Shown: piece after piece, positions 43,397 to 57,407 of the stretch | Position numbering within the stretch: position 1 is the stretch's first letter | Layout: every line of letters starts with the position of its first letter | Assembly (NCBI GenBank): GCA_050953445.1 | Contig: JBMNMS010000002.1 | Span: 14,599-78,598 of the forward strand | Length of the DNA stretch: 64,000 bases | Source: Anaerovoracaceae bacterium | GTDB lineage: Bacteria; Bacillota; Clostridia; Peptostreptococcales; Anaerovoracaceae | Direction of reading: 5' to 3' | Translations under genes and position numbers: made by a program | The notes under the pieces: model-generated | Told to the model about the DNA's origin: nothing | Database searches by the model: none | The model's input: only the letters and a program-made list of their open reading frames with translations

Positions 43397-44740
43397 TTAG
43401 GATTGGGGGGAGTAGAATGCAAAAAGATTCTTCCCTTTCTTTTTTGCCTGATAAAGCGCTATATCGGCTTTGGTATAGAGTTGGGCAAATGTAGTTCCAT
43501 CTGAAGGTGCCATTGAAATCCCTATGCTGCAGGAAAGGCAAAATCCTTTCAGCTTTCTGTTTTCATAGGATGAAAACACTTTCAAAATCGTTTTGCTTTT
43601 TTGTGATACAGCGGAAAGATCATTTACATCCCTCAGCAGCACTATGAATTCATCTCCCCCTATGCGGCCTAAAATATCTCCACTTCGGATCATTCCTTTA
43701 AGAAAGGTTGCGATATCCTCTAAAACCTCATCCCCTACTGGATGCCCGAAGTTGTCATTAATATCTTTGAAATTATCTATATCTATCAGCAGCATGGCGC
43801 TTAGATAGTCATCCTTGAGGCTTTGCAGCGCATCCTCTATAAGGGTTTTAGTGGCGCTTTTATGGTATAGATTGGTCAGGCTATCTCTGGAAGCACGTTC
43901 ATGAAGGAGCATGAGATGGTGCTTTTCCTCATTTATATCTCGTAAAACTCCAATTACCTTAATTATATTATCGTTGCTGTCCCTTTGCAGAGTGCATCTG
44001 ATTCTGCACCATATAAAATCTTTTTCATCCCGCAAAAAGCGGAAATCTGAGGTAACGCAGGTATGATCGTAAACCGACTCAAGCATAAAGTTTAAAAAAT
44101 CGTTTCTGTCATCGGCATGAAGATAGGGATAGTCAAATATAACCTTTTTAAAATTTTCGCCGGGGGGAGGGTAGGCAAAGATGTCATGCCAATTTTTAGA
44201 GCATTCGAAGGTGTCGGTTCGCAGATCCCATTCAAAGACTACATCGGAAGTTTGCTCCATGACTATGCGATATCTTTCCAATGTGAGAGTTAATTCCTTC
44301 TCGATATTTTTTTGATGACTTATATTCATAAGCATACAATAAAGTAAAGATGTTCCATCCTCCTTTTGCACTATGTTGCCTCGATCGTGAACCCAAAGGA
44401 GGGAACCGTCCTTACATACTACTCGGTATATTTGATCAAAGATCCCGCCGTCATTTAATTGATTTCTTATTGCGCCATCAAAAGAGGGAAGATCCTCCTG
44501 GTAAATAAGTTTTCTATACTGATTGTTAAATTTTTTCTTAATATCTTCCGAGCTATACCCGAACATATCTAAAAAACCCTGATTGTAATAATTTAACGTG
44601 GTGTTTGTGTTTGCATCGCAGCATATTACACATCCCGGGATAAATGAGATTAATTTCAAAAGTTCGCCATGGGCCGCATGAATTTGACGATATTTTTGAA
44701 GATCAGTACTTATCTTATGATTAAATTTTTTGATTGTCAT
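43397..44740 (-). CDS. Cytoplasmic PAS-PAS-GGDEF diguanylate cyclase
   Basis: Canonical RIGGDEF with the I-site RSGD five residues upstream, and two PAS-like regions. The ATG overlaps the gpmI stop. Confidence 0.9.
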   Translation of the reverse strand: MTIKKFNHKISTDLQKYRQIHAAHGELLKLISFIPGCVICCDANTNTTLNYYNQGFLDMFGYSSEDIKKKFNNQYRKLIYQEDLPSFDGAIRNQLNDGGIFDQIYRVVCKDGSLLWVHDRGNIVQKEDGTSLLYCMLMNISHQKNIEKELTLTLERYRIVMEQTSDVVFEWDLRTDTFECSKNWHDIFAYPPPGENFKKVIFDYPYLHADDRNDFLNFMLESVYDHTCVTSDFRFLRDEKDFIWCRIRCTLQRDSNDNIIKVIGVLRDINEEKHHLMLLHERASRDSLTNLYHKSATKTLIEDALQSLKDDYLSAMLLIDIDNFKDINDNFGHPVGDEVLEDIATFLKGMIRSGDILGRIGGDEFIVLLRDVNDLSAVSQKSKTILKVFSSYENRKLKGFCLSCSIGISMAPSDGTTFAQLYTKADIALYQAKKKGKNLFAFYSPQS

Positions 44741-46272
44741 AAGTTATCTCCTTTAATCAGCGAGTGTCCGGTCATCTCCAGGGGTTTTTCCATTCCGGCA
44801 AGATCCAAAAGGGTGGGGACAATGTCAGCTAACACCCCGTTTTCTGCAAGCTCAATAGGTTTATGGCTTATGGCTATTAAGGGAACGCAATTTGTAGAGT
44901 GTGCCGTAATCGGATCTCCCTGGGGGGTTAGCATTGTATCAGCATTGCCGTGATCTGATGTTATGAGCATCTGCCCCCCATGGGCCATAACAGCTTCTAA
45001 AACTCTGGCAATACATTTATCAAGAACTTCTATGGCGGTGATGGTTGCCTTCATAGAACCGGTATGTCCCACCATGTCCGGATTGGCATAGTTTAATATT
45101 ATGAAGTGGTATTTTTCTTTTTGAATCTGCTCAATAACGCTATCGGTAACCTGATATGCGCTCATTTCAGGCTGTAAGTCATATGTGGCCACTTTAGGGG
45201 AGGGGATTAGTATACGATCTTCCCCATTGTTTGGAGCCTCCATGCCACCGTTAAAGAAAAAGGTTACATGAGCATATTTTTCCGTTTCGGCAATCCTGAG
45301 CTGCCTTAGGCCAAGACCAGCCAGATATTCACCCAAAGTGTTTTTCAGTGATTGGGGGGGATATGCAACCAGTACATTGGGCATTTCCGCATCGTATTGG
45401 GTCATGCAGATGTAGCAAAGGCTTTTAAGAGGCTTCGTTCTTACAAAACCATTAAATGCCTCGTCCACAAAACTCCTCGTTATTTCTCTTGCCCTGTCCG
45501 GTCTAAAATTGAACATTATTACAGTATCCCCATCGGATATCGGGACAAAGGGATTGTTTTCATTTGATACAATTGTTGGCGATACGAATTCATCATCTTC
45601 GCCCCTGTCATAGGCGGCATATAGGCCATCCAGGGCGGTAGGAGCCTTTTCACCCTTTCCCAGGGTTAGAGCTTCATAGGCTTTTTTCACTCTTTCCCAG
45701 CGATTATCCCTGTCCATTGCATAATAGCGCCCGGAAATCATGCCGATACGTCCCAGGCCGGATTTCAAAAGATATGCTTCCAGCTGACTGAGATAGGTTT
45801 GAGCGCACCTGGGAGGAACATCGCGGCCATCCAAAAAGGCATGGACATATACCTTTGTAAGACCTTTCATTTTGGCCATATATATTAATGGATAGACGTG
45901 ATTTATATGGCTATGAACACCGCCGTCGGAAAGAAGCCCCATAATATGGAGAGCCTTATCATTTGATTTTGCCAAATCCATTCCCTCGTTAAGAGCGGGA
46001 TTTTTGAAGAAATCTTTGCTTTCTATTTCAGAACTGATTCTTGTCAGCTCCTGATAGACAACGCGGCCTGCCCCGATGTTCAGGTGGCCTACTTCGGAAT
46101 TGCCCATCTGCCCCTGGGGAAGGCCTACCGCCAGCCCGGATGCCTTTATTAGAGTGCTTGGGTATGTATTGAAGAGATGATCCAGGGTAGGTGTATATGC
46201 CTGTGCTATTGCATTCCCATAGGTTTCTTCCGAATATCCGAAACCGTCTAATATCATTAATATCGTGTTCAT
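44737..46272 (-). CDS. gpmI: 2,3-bisphosphoglycerate-independent phosphoglycerate mutase
   Basis: MILDGFG, NSEVGHLNIGAGR, and DGGVHS, among others. Start trimmed to ATG 46272 (MNTILMILDG) with a GAAGGAG RBS. Confidence 0.95.
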   Translation of the reverse strand: MNTILMILDGFGYSEETYGNAIAQAYTPTLDHLFNTYPSTLIKASGLAVGLPQGQMGNSEVGHLNIGAGRVVYQELTRISSEIESKDFFKNPALNEGMDLAKSNDKALHIMGLLSDGGVHSHINHVYPLIYMAKMKGLTKVYVHAFLDGRDVPPRCAQTYLSQLEAYLLKSGLGRIGMISGRYYAMDRDNRWERVKKAYEALTLGKGEKAPTALDGLYAAYDRGEDDEFVSPTIVSNENNPFVPISDGDTVIMFNFRPDRAREITRSFVDEAFNGFVRTKPLKSLCYICMTQYDAEMPNVLVAYPPQSLKNTLGEYLAGLGLRQLRIAETEKYAHVTFFFNGGMEAPNNGEDRILIPSPKVATYDLQPEMSAYQVTDSVIEQIQKEKYHFIILNYANPDMVGHTGSMKATITAIEVLDKCIARVLEAVMAHGGQMLITSDHGNADTMLTPQGDPITAHSTNCVPLIAISHKPIELAENGVLADIVPTLLDLAGMEKPLEMTGHSLIKGDNL

Positions 46273-46377
46273 GTCAAATCTCCTTCGATACATGATTATA
46301 CCAAAAGCATATAAAAAAATATATAGGAATGCAATTAAAATAATATTTGATATAATTGTAGGCAAGGGAGGTGCGAA

Positions 46378-49300
46378 ATGAATTGGACCCAGGAGCAAAA
46401 GGAAGCCATTACGCTAAGGGATAGCAATATACTGGTGTCAGCGGCGGCAGGTTCGGGGAAGACGGCTGTTTTAGTAGAACGCATAAAAAGCCTTTTAATC
46501 GAGGAAAAGGTACCTGTGGATGAAATCCTTGTGGTTACCTTCACTAATGCGGCAGCAGGCGAAATGAAGGAAAAGATTGTTGGAGCAATATCCAAGGCGA
46601 TTACAGAGGCTGATGTAAGAGGAAGGGAAGGCGTAGATGAGGCCAGGTTTTTAAGGGATCAGCTTGCTTCCATTCACAAGGCATCTATTAGCACATTCCA
46701 TGCCTTTGCTTTAAACCTAATAAAGAGATATTTTCATCTCATAGGCATAGAGCCAAATTTTAAAATATGTGATGAGGCGAGACAGTGGATATTGAAGGGA
46801 AAGGCGATGGAGGAGCTTTTTTCCCGGAAGTACAGGGAGGAAGATCAGTCGTTTTTGAGATTTCTAAACGGCTATGCCGGGAGCAGGAGTGATGGAGCGG
46901 TAAAGGAAATGATTTTAAACACCCATGAATTCATACGCAGTCTACCCCAACCCTTTTCGTGGCTGAAAGAACAGGTGGATAATTTGCTAATGGAAGAGGT
47001 TGATTTTGTTGAATCAAATGTCTATAGAAGTCTTATGAAACAAATAAACAGGGAAATGTCCCATGCCATATTTAAGGCGAAAAAGGTGGTAGATCTTCTT
47101 TCCGTAGCCGGGCTTTCCCAGTTGGGGAAAAAGGCAGAAGATGATCTTTTGATGCTGCGGGAGACGAGCTGTGCCTTTGAAAAATCCTTTGACTTCGGTG
47201 TTGAGGCGATAAATAGTGTTGAGTTCAGCCGTTTTTCTGCCACCAAGGATGAAAAGGCCCAGTATGAGATTATAAAGGGGAAGATTTCCTTTTTAAGGGG
47301 GGAAGCAAAGGATGCAATTAAGAGGATAAAATTGAAGTATTGCTGGGGCACACTTAATCAACAGCTGCAGGAAATGAGGATGACACAGGAATCTGCTGAA
47401 ACCCTTTGCAACTTAACAGAGGAATTTGATAAAGAATATATGAAGCAGAAGAACAGCAAGGGCTTAGTGGATTTTTCCGATGTGGAGCATTATGCCCTAA
47501 AAATTCTAAATCTTCCGATGGCAGCGGAGGAATGTAAAAGGAAATACCGCTATATTTTCATAGATGAATATCAGGATAGCAATCTTGTTCAGGAGGCTTT
47601 AATAGGGAAGATATGCAGGGAATCCAATCTATTTATGGTGGGTGATGTAAAACAAAGTATTTATAAATTCAGGTTGGCAGAGCCGCAAATATTCATCGAC
47701 AGGTATGAAGCGTATAAGAATTCACAGCCTTTTGCTCCCAACAAGAAATTGGATTTGAATCGGAATTTTAGAAGCAAGGGAACAATAATTGAAACTATTA
47801 ACTGGATCTTCAGGTGTATTATGAACCTTTCTACTGCTGGTATAGCTTATGACGAGGATGCGGCTTTATACCAGGGATTAAGCTACCCTCAGGGGATGGA
47901 GAGGCCGGTATCCCTGCACATCGTTGAAAGCAAGGATAAAAATGAGCATTCAGAGTCTGGCGACCAATTGATGGATGAAATTAAGGAGATGAAAAAAATT
48001 GAAATTGAAGCCGCGGCTGCAGCTAAGATTTTAAGTCAGAATTTAGGCAAGCCATTTTATGATACCAAACGGCAGATTGTTAGGCCACTACAGAAGAAGG
48101 ATATGGTCATATTGCTTAGAAGTGCTTCCGGTGCGGGTCAGGCCTATGCGGATGCTCTATCACAGGCGGGAATCCCGGCTTATCTAGATGTGGGAGATGA
48201 TTTTTTTGACACGTTGGAGATTTCGGTTTTTTTAAATTTGTTAAAAATAATAGATAACAGAAAACAGGATATCCCTCTGTTGAGCGTGTTGCGCTCCCCC
48301 ATATTTAATTTCTCCTTGCAGGATTTGGCTGAAATAAGGGTGGTTAAAAAAGAAGGTTCTTTCGAAGAGGCCTTTGCCCTTTGTGCAAAGGGGGAAGACG
48401 ATCTTGCTGAAAAATGCAAAAAAGCTTTAGGTGAAGTTGGCCTTTGGCGGGAATGGAAGGCATATTATCCTTTGGAGGAATTGCTCTGGAAACTGCTTAT
48501 GGAAACAGGATATTATCACTATATCGGAGCTGTTCCGGGGGGAATTCTGAGGCAGGCTAATCTGAGGATGCTTGTGGAGAAAGCTTCCGCTTATAGAAAG
48601 GGGCAGGATCGGGGACTGTTTGGTTTCATTAATTACGTAGAGACTCTTAAAAGGCTTAAAGTGGCGACGCCCCAGGTAAAAATGTGCTCAGAGAGCGATG
48701 ACGTAGTCAGAATAATGACCATACATAAGAGCAAGGGTCTGGAATTTCCATTTGTTCTCATAGGAAACTTGAATAGAAGGTTTAATAGGGATAAAAAAAG
48801 CAAAGGTGTCAGCCTGCATAAGGATTTAGGCTTCGCATTGCCCCGGGTGGATAAGGAAAGACGATTTTTTAGGCCTACCATAATAAAGAATATTATCGAT
48901 ACTGAAAAGGAGGGGGAGAATCTGGCTGAGGAAATCAGGGTTCTTTATGTTGCTATGACAAGGGCAATGGACAGGATGGTACTTTTGGGGACCCTGAGTG
49001 ATTTCGACAGTGAGTGGGAAGGAGCTGAATATAAAGATCCGGGTGATGGCAGAGGGAATTCCTATATGGATTTTCTGCTTCCTTCTCTTAAAGGGAAAGA
49101 AGGATTGACAATTAAAAGACACGACATAGTTGAACTATCTGAATGGATGGAAGGGAAAAAGGATAAGGACAAAGTGGTTCTTAAGGCATTGGAGGAGGGA
49201 TTCCCCATCTTTGATAACGAGGGTTTGGATGAAATAAATGGTAGGTTACAGTGGAAATATCCACACATGGATGCGGTTGAAACAAAGTCCAAGTTCAGCG

Positions 49301-49902
49301 TTACCAGGTTGATAGAAGAATACAACAAGGAAAGATCGAAGGTATTTCATAGGAACAGAGGGACTTTATCTGTTCCCGGATTTACCAACGTGAAAACAAA
49401 ACTAACCGGTGCTGAAAAGGGGACTATATTACACAGGATAATGGAGCATATTCCCTTTACGGATCATGCTAAAAAAGTGTCCGCCATCGAAGAATTCGTA
49501 AATGATTTGGTGAAGGGAGAAATCCTTACGGAGACAGAGGCAAGGGCTGTGGATCTTACCCTTATCAGGAATTTCTTTCTGTCGGATTTGGGGCGGCGGG
49601 CCATTGAAAGTGATGAGGTTTATCGCGAAGTCTCCTTTAACCTTAAGATGGAGCGGAAGGGCGAGCCTATCTTGGTGCAGGGGACTATTGACTGCTATTT
49701 CAAAGGGAGGGAGGACGAATACGTTCTTTTGGATTATAAGTCTAATTTCATTATCGATAAGGTGGAAGCTATAGAGAATCTTGTGGAAATTTATGAACCT
49801 CAATTAAATATTTATAGGGAGGCCTTGGAAAGGATTCAAAACATCAGGGTATCCGAAATGTATATTTATTTGTTTAGCCTGGGAAGAGCCATAAGAATTT
49901 AG
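46378..49902 (+). CDS. addA: AddA-type helicase-nuclease (UvrD-like helicase plus C-terminal PD-(D/E)xK nuclease)
   Basis: NILVSAAAGSGKT Walker A, FIDEYQDSN, VGDVKQSIYKFR, TIHKSKGLEF, and the C-terminal nuclease motif GTIDCYF..LLDYKS. 1174 aa. Confidence 0.85.
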   Translation: MNWTQEQKEAITLRDSNILVSAAAGSGKTAVLVERIKSLLIEEKVPVDEILVVTFTNAAAGEMKEKIVGAISKAITEADVRGREGVDEARFLRDQLASIHKASISTFHAFALNLIKRYFHLIGIEPNFKICDEARQWILKGKAMEELFSRKYREEDQSFLRFLNGYAGSRSDGAVKEMILNTHEFIRSLPQPFSWLKEQVDNLLMEEVDFVESNVYRSLMKQINREMSHAIFKAKKVVDLLSVAGLSQLGKKAEDDLLMLRETSCAFEKSFDFGVEAINSVEFSRFSATKDEKAQYEIIKGKISFLRGEAKDAIKRIKLKYCWGTLNQQLQEMRMTQESAETLCNLTEEFDKEYMKQKNSKGLVDFSDVEHYALKILNLPMAAEECKRKYRYIFIDEYQDSNLVQEALIGKICRESNLFMVGDVKQSIYKFRLAEPQIFIDRYEAYKNSQPFAPNKKLDLNRNFRSKGTIIETINWIFRCIMNLSTAGIAYDEDAALYQGLSYPQGMERPVSLHIVESKDKNEHSESGDQLMDEIKEMKKIEIEAAAAAKILSQNLGKPFYDTKRQIVRPLQKKDMVILLRSASGAGQAYADALSQAGIPAYLDVGDDFFDTLEISVFLNLLKIIDNRKQDIPLLSVLRSPIFNFSLQDLAEIRVVKKEGSFEEAFALCAKGEDDLAEKCKKALGEVGLWREWKAYYPLEELLWKLLMETGYYHYIGAVPGGILRQANLRMLVEKASAYRKGQDRGLFGFINYVETLKRLKVATPQVKMCSESDDVVRIMTIHKSKGLEFPFVLIGNLNRRFNRDKKSKGVSLHKDLGFALPRVDKERRFFRPTIIKNIIDTEKEGENLAEEIRVLYVAMTRAMDRMVLLGTLSDFDSEWEGAEYKDPGDGRGNSYMDFLLPSLKGKEGLTIKRHDIVELSEWMEGKKDKDKVVLKALEEGFPIFDNEGLDEINGRLQWKYPHMDAVETKSKFSVTRLIEEYNKERSKVFHRNRGTLSVPGFTNVKTKLTGAEKGTILHRIMEHIPFTDHAKKVSAIEEFVNDLVKGEILTETEARAVDLTLIRNFFLSDLGRRAIESDEVYREVSFNLKMERKGEPILVQGTIDCYFKGREDEYVLLDYKSNFIIDKVEAIENLVEIYEPQLNIYREALERIQNIRVSEMYIYLFSLGRAIRI

Positions 49903-50024
49903 GAATATTATTAGGGATAAAAAAGGAGACGTACCCATCATGGTATTGTTTCTTCATACCATTCTGCCAGCGATGAAAACACACAGGCCCGGATTTACGC
50001 CTCCCCTTATTGATTAACTCTAAC

Positions 50025-51476
50025 TTATTCCATAGCTTTTAAAGCTAACTCCCTATCTAATTCTCTTTGTTCAAGAACCTTTTCATATTCTTCTTCTGTC
50101 ATCATTTCCATGGATATACCAGTGTAACCGTAGAAGATAGAAACTATGGGATTAAACCAGGACAGAACCGCGAAGGGGCCATATCCCCCCGGTCCCCATT
50201 GTTTTACACCCAAGAATCCTGTCATGGTGGCACCGCAGGTGTTCCAAGGCACAAGGTTGGAGGTCACCGTTCCGGAATCCTCCAGACACCGGGAGAGATT
50301 CTTAGCTTTTAGCCTTCTATCCTCAAAGGCTTGCTTGTACATTCTTCCGGGAAGTATTATGGCAAGATATTGATCACAGGCTACTATGTTTACGAAGATG
50401 CATGAAATGACCGTGGTTAATACAAGGGAGCCTCTGCCCTTGACCAGATTCAGCAGGGCTTCTGCCAGGGTTTTCAGTTGGTCTGTGGCATCCATAACCC
50501 CACCAAAAACCATTGCGCAGATAATCAGGGAGATAGTCCACATCATGCTTTGCATCCCGCCTCCCGTAAGGAGGTCCGCTATATCTCCATTTGCATTAAT
50601 GGATTCGTAACCGTAGTTTAAGGTTGATGCCCAGGTGAGCCAACCGGTGCTGTTAGGCTGAAAAACAGTGCATACCAATCCCAAGAGTGCGCCGCCTAAG
50701 AGGCTGGGTAGCGCCGGAAGCCTAAAAGCAACAGCAACTATGACGAATAGTGGAGGGATTAATAACAGGGGAGAAATTAAAAATTCTTCCTTGATAGCAT
50801 CCAACATCGTGGTGACCTGGTCAGCTTCAAAGTTCCCTCCGCGGCCGAAACCCAGAAAGAGGTATACTGCCAATGCAACTATCAGGGAAGGGGTGACCGT
50901 CCATATCATATGGCGTATATGATCGAAGAGGTTTGATCCCGCAACAGCAGGTGCTAAATTAGTGGTATCTGAGAGAGGGGACATCTTATCACCGAAGTAT
51001 GCACCGGATACTACTGCGCCCGCAGTCATGGCAGGGTTTATGTCCAGCCCCATCCCTACCCCAATGAGGGCTACGCCTATTGTTCCGGCGGTGCTCCACG
51101 AGCTGCCTGTAGCCAGGGAGACTACACTGCAGAGCAGGCAGGAGGCAAAAAGGAAAATTCCCGGACTGAGAATTTTAAGACCGTAATATATCATTGATGG
51201 AACCACTCCCCCTGCTATCCAGGAGCCAATCATCATGCCGACGGTCATCAGGATTAACATGGCCTGCATGGAACGGGAAATAGAATTGATAATGCCCTTC
51301 TCGATATAAGCCCATTTCCAGCCATTGATAGAGGCAAAGATAACCGCTACACCAGCAGCAACAACAAGGGCGATGTGGCCTTCTTCATCCCCTGCCAGTA
51401 CAATTTCATAAAATAGAAGCACGAGCAATGTGATGATGGACACAAAGACCTGCCACATAGGGATTTTTCTACCCAT
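50025..51476 (-). CDS. nhaC: NhaC-family Na+/H+ antiporter
   Basis: 483-aa protein with about 12 TM segments and a typical NhaC-like sequence (..GSSWSTAGTIGVA..). AAGGAGG RBS. Confidence 0.8.
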   Translation of the reverse strand: MGRKIPMWQVFVSIITLLVLLFYEIVLAGDEEGHIALVVAAGVAVIFASINGWKWAYIEKGIINSISRSMQAMLILMTVGMMIGSWIAGGVVPSMIYYGLKILSPGIFLFASCLLCSVVSLATGSSWSTAGTIGVALIGVGMGLDINPAMTAGAVVSGAYFGDKMSPLSDTTNLAPAVAGSNLFDHIRHMIWTVTPSLIVALAVYLFLGFGRGGNFEADQVTTMLDAIKEEFLISPLLLIPPLFVIVAVAFRLPALPSLLGGALLGLVCTVFQPNSTGWLTWASTLNYGYESINANGDIADLLTGGGMQSMMWTISLIICAMVFGGVMDATDQLKTLAEALLNLVKGRGSLVLTTVISCIFVNIVACDQYLAIILPGRMYKQAFEDRRLKAKNLSRCLEDSGTVTSNLVPWNTCGATMTGFLGVKQWGPGGYGPFAVLSWFNPIVSIFYGYTGISMEMMTEEEYEKVLEQRELDRELALKAME

Positions 51477-51545
51477 AATAATTCCTCCTTATAATATGTA
51501 TTGTTTAGAATACAAGATTTAATGATAAAGTCCTGAATTTTGTCT

Positions 51546-51575
51546 ATTTTACAACAGTGACTCACTAAAAGTCAA
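51546..51575 (-). promoter_or_regulatory. Candidate sigma-A promoter of nhaC with a palindrome in the spacer
   Basis: Minus strand reads TTGACT (51575-51570), an 18-nt spacer, then TAAAAT (51551-51546). The spacer contains AGTGAgTCACT (51556-51566). Confidence 0.45.
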
Positions 51576-51676
51576 CATTTTGAGCAGGGTTATAGAGAAG
51601 TCCACAGGCATGGAAAGCTATCACCCGGTATTCTTAACAGACTTTTTTTAATCGCCGTTTTTTTTCAAAAAAGCTG

Positions 51677-51705
51677 TTGACAAGGAGAAGAAGGTTTGCT
51701 ATTCT
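51677..51705 (+). promoter_or_regulatory. rrn promoter P1 (candidate)
   Basis: TTGACA, a 17-nt spacer, then TATTCT, preceded by an A/T-rich UP-like tract. Confidence 0.5.
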
Positions 51706-51796
51706 AAATGAGCTGCCACAACTGAGGGTGGGAAGCCCCCGACCTATTAGGCAAAAAAAGATGTAAAAAAAGCGACAATAAAGTAAAAAAAAGAGG

Positions 51797-51828
51797 TTGA
51801 CAAAGAGTCGCGGTTGAGGTAGTATAAT
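51797..51828 (+). promoter_or_regulatory. rrn promoter P2 (candidate)
   Basis: TTGACA, a 17-nt spacer, then TAGTAT, which overlaps TATAAT. Preceded by an A-rich UP-like tract. Confidence 0.55.
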
Positions 51829-52049
51829 ATACGCGCCTTAGGAGGGAAGCCTGACTAAGGCCCCCGAAGAAAGCTTCGGGAAGAACCTTGAAAACTGCAT
51901 AGTGCAGAAATTGAGTAAAGAAACAAGTACCATGATCAAGAGATTATGCTACTCGTTAATTCCAAGCACAAAACAAATAATAAGGAAAACAAACGCAACG
52001 CGTTTGATCCATGAGCAAGGTTAAATGGCGCAAGCCTTTTAATACAATT

Positions 52050-53571
<1,522 letters not shown>

Positions 53572-53642
53572 GGATATTACTCTTTCTGCACTATGAGTTT
53601 TATTTTTCTGTGTTTCACAACATAGGGGATGAACAAGCATAG

Positions 53643-53719
53643 GGGCTTGTAGCTCAGGTGGTTAGAGCGCGCGCCTGATAAGCGCGAGGTCGGAGGTTCG
53701 AGTCCCCCCAAGCCCACCA
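53643..53719 (+). tRNA. tRNA-Ile (anticodon GAT) in the 16S-23S spacer
   Basis: Cloverleaf folded by hand. Acceptor is GGGCTTG/CAAGCCC, the anticodon loop is CTGATAA, and CCA is encoded. The T stem is GGAGG/CCCCC with an A-C mismatch. Confidence 0.9.
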
Positions 53720-53972
53720 CCATACATTTTTTATGTATACGGCCGCAGGCCAAAGAAGTTAGGAACCTTGAAAACTGAATAATGTAATAAAAATTTACAA
53801 CGAAAACGAATCGAGTTAAACCAAACTAAGAAATAGTCTTTCTTAGCGACGGGATAACTACAATTTTCAATGTAAACCGAGAAAACCAGAAAATCACTAA
53901 GTTTCTTAACGAAACAAAGAAGTCTGCTACGCTAGGCAGACGAAAGCTGATAAACAGTCGAAAGACTGAAAA

Positions 53973-56873
<2,901 letters not shown>

Positions 56874-56926
56874 TGGTTTTCAAAGAATTACATTGTTCAG
56901 TTTTGAGGGTTTTACCTTCAAAGATA

Positions 56927-57042
56927 TTTGGTGAGTATAGCAGAGAGGATACACCTGTTCCCATCCCGAACACAGAAGTTAAGCTCTCTAGCGCCGACGG
57001 TACTTGGCGGGAAGCTGCCTGGGAGAATAGGTCCTTGCCAAT
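56927..57042 (+). rRNA. rrf: 5S ribosomal RNA
   Basis: TTTGGTGAGTATAGCAGAGAGGATACACCTGTTCCCATCCCGAACACAGAAGTTAAG...GGGAGAATAGGTCCTTGCCAA. Confidence 0.92.
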
Positions 57043-57087
57043 TCGATTGAAAGGAAGCACTACGCTTGTAGCGCTTTCTTTCAAAAT

Positions 57088-57162
57088 GGCCCCATGGTCA
57101 AGCGGTTAAGACACCGCCCTTTCACGGCGGTAACCCGGGTTCGAGTCCCGGTGGGGTCACCA
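57088..57162 (+). tRNA. tRNA-Glu (anticodon TTC)
   Basis: Acceptor GGCCCCA/TGGGGTC, anticodon loop CTTTCAC, T loop TTCGAGT, and CCA encoded. Confidence 0.9.
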
Positions 57163-57218
57163 ATCTTCCGAAAGCCTGACCGTTGGAGAAGAAACAGCGG
57201 TTGGGTTTTTGATTATCT

Positions 57219-57303
57219 GCGGGTGTGGTGGAACTGGCAGACACGCAAGATTTAGGTTCTTGTGTCGCAAGATGTGCAGGTTCGAGTCCTGTCACCCGCA
57301 CCA
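57219..57303 (+). tRNA. tRNA-Leu (anticodon TAG), long variable arm
   Basis: Acceptor GCGGGTG/CACCCGC, anticodon loop TTTAGGT, an extended variable arm, and CCA encoded. Confidence 0.9.
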
Positions 57304-57318
57304 TATCGAAAGTCAAAG

Positions 57319-57360
57319 ATGGATACCATGAGATTGAAGGTTCTGGTATCCATTTTTCTT
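57319..57360 (+). terminator. Rho-independent terminator of the rrn-tRNA operon
   Basis: ATGGATACC, a 17-nt loop, then GGTATCCAT followed by TTTTTCTTT. Confidence 0.8.
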
Positions 57361-57407
57361 TGCAGAAGTTCTTTGTTTTTTTGGAATAGCTATATTTTAA
57401 ATGATTT

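Noticed and set aside
43389-43399. Convergent nitroreductase and diguanylate cyclase genes end only 5 bp apart with no terminator.
   Set aside because: Noted as a curiosity only. Tight convergent stops are common, and there is no further structure to interpret.
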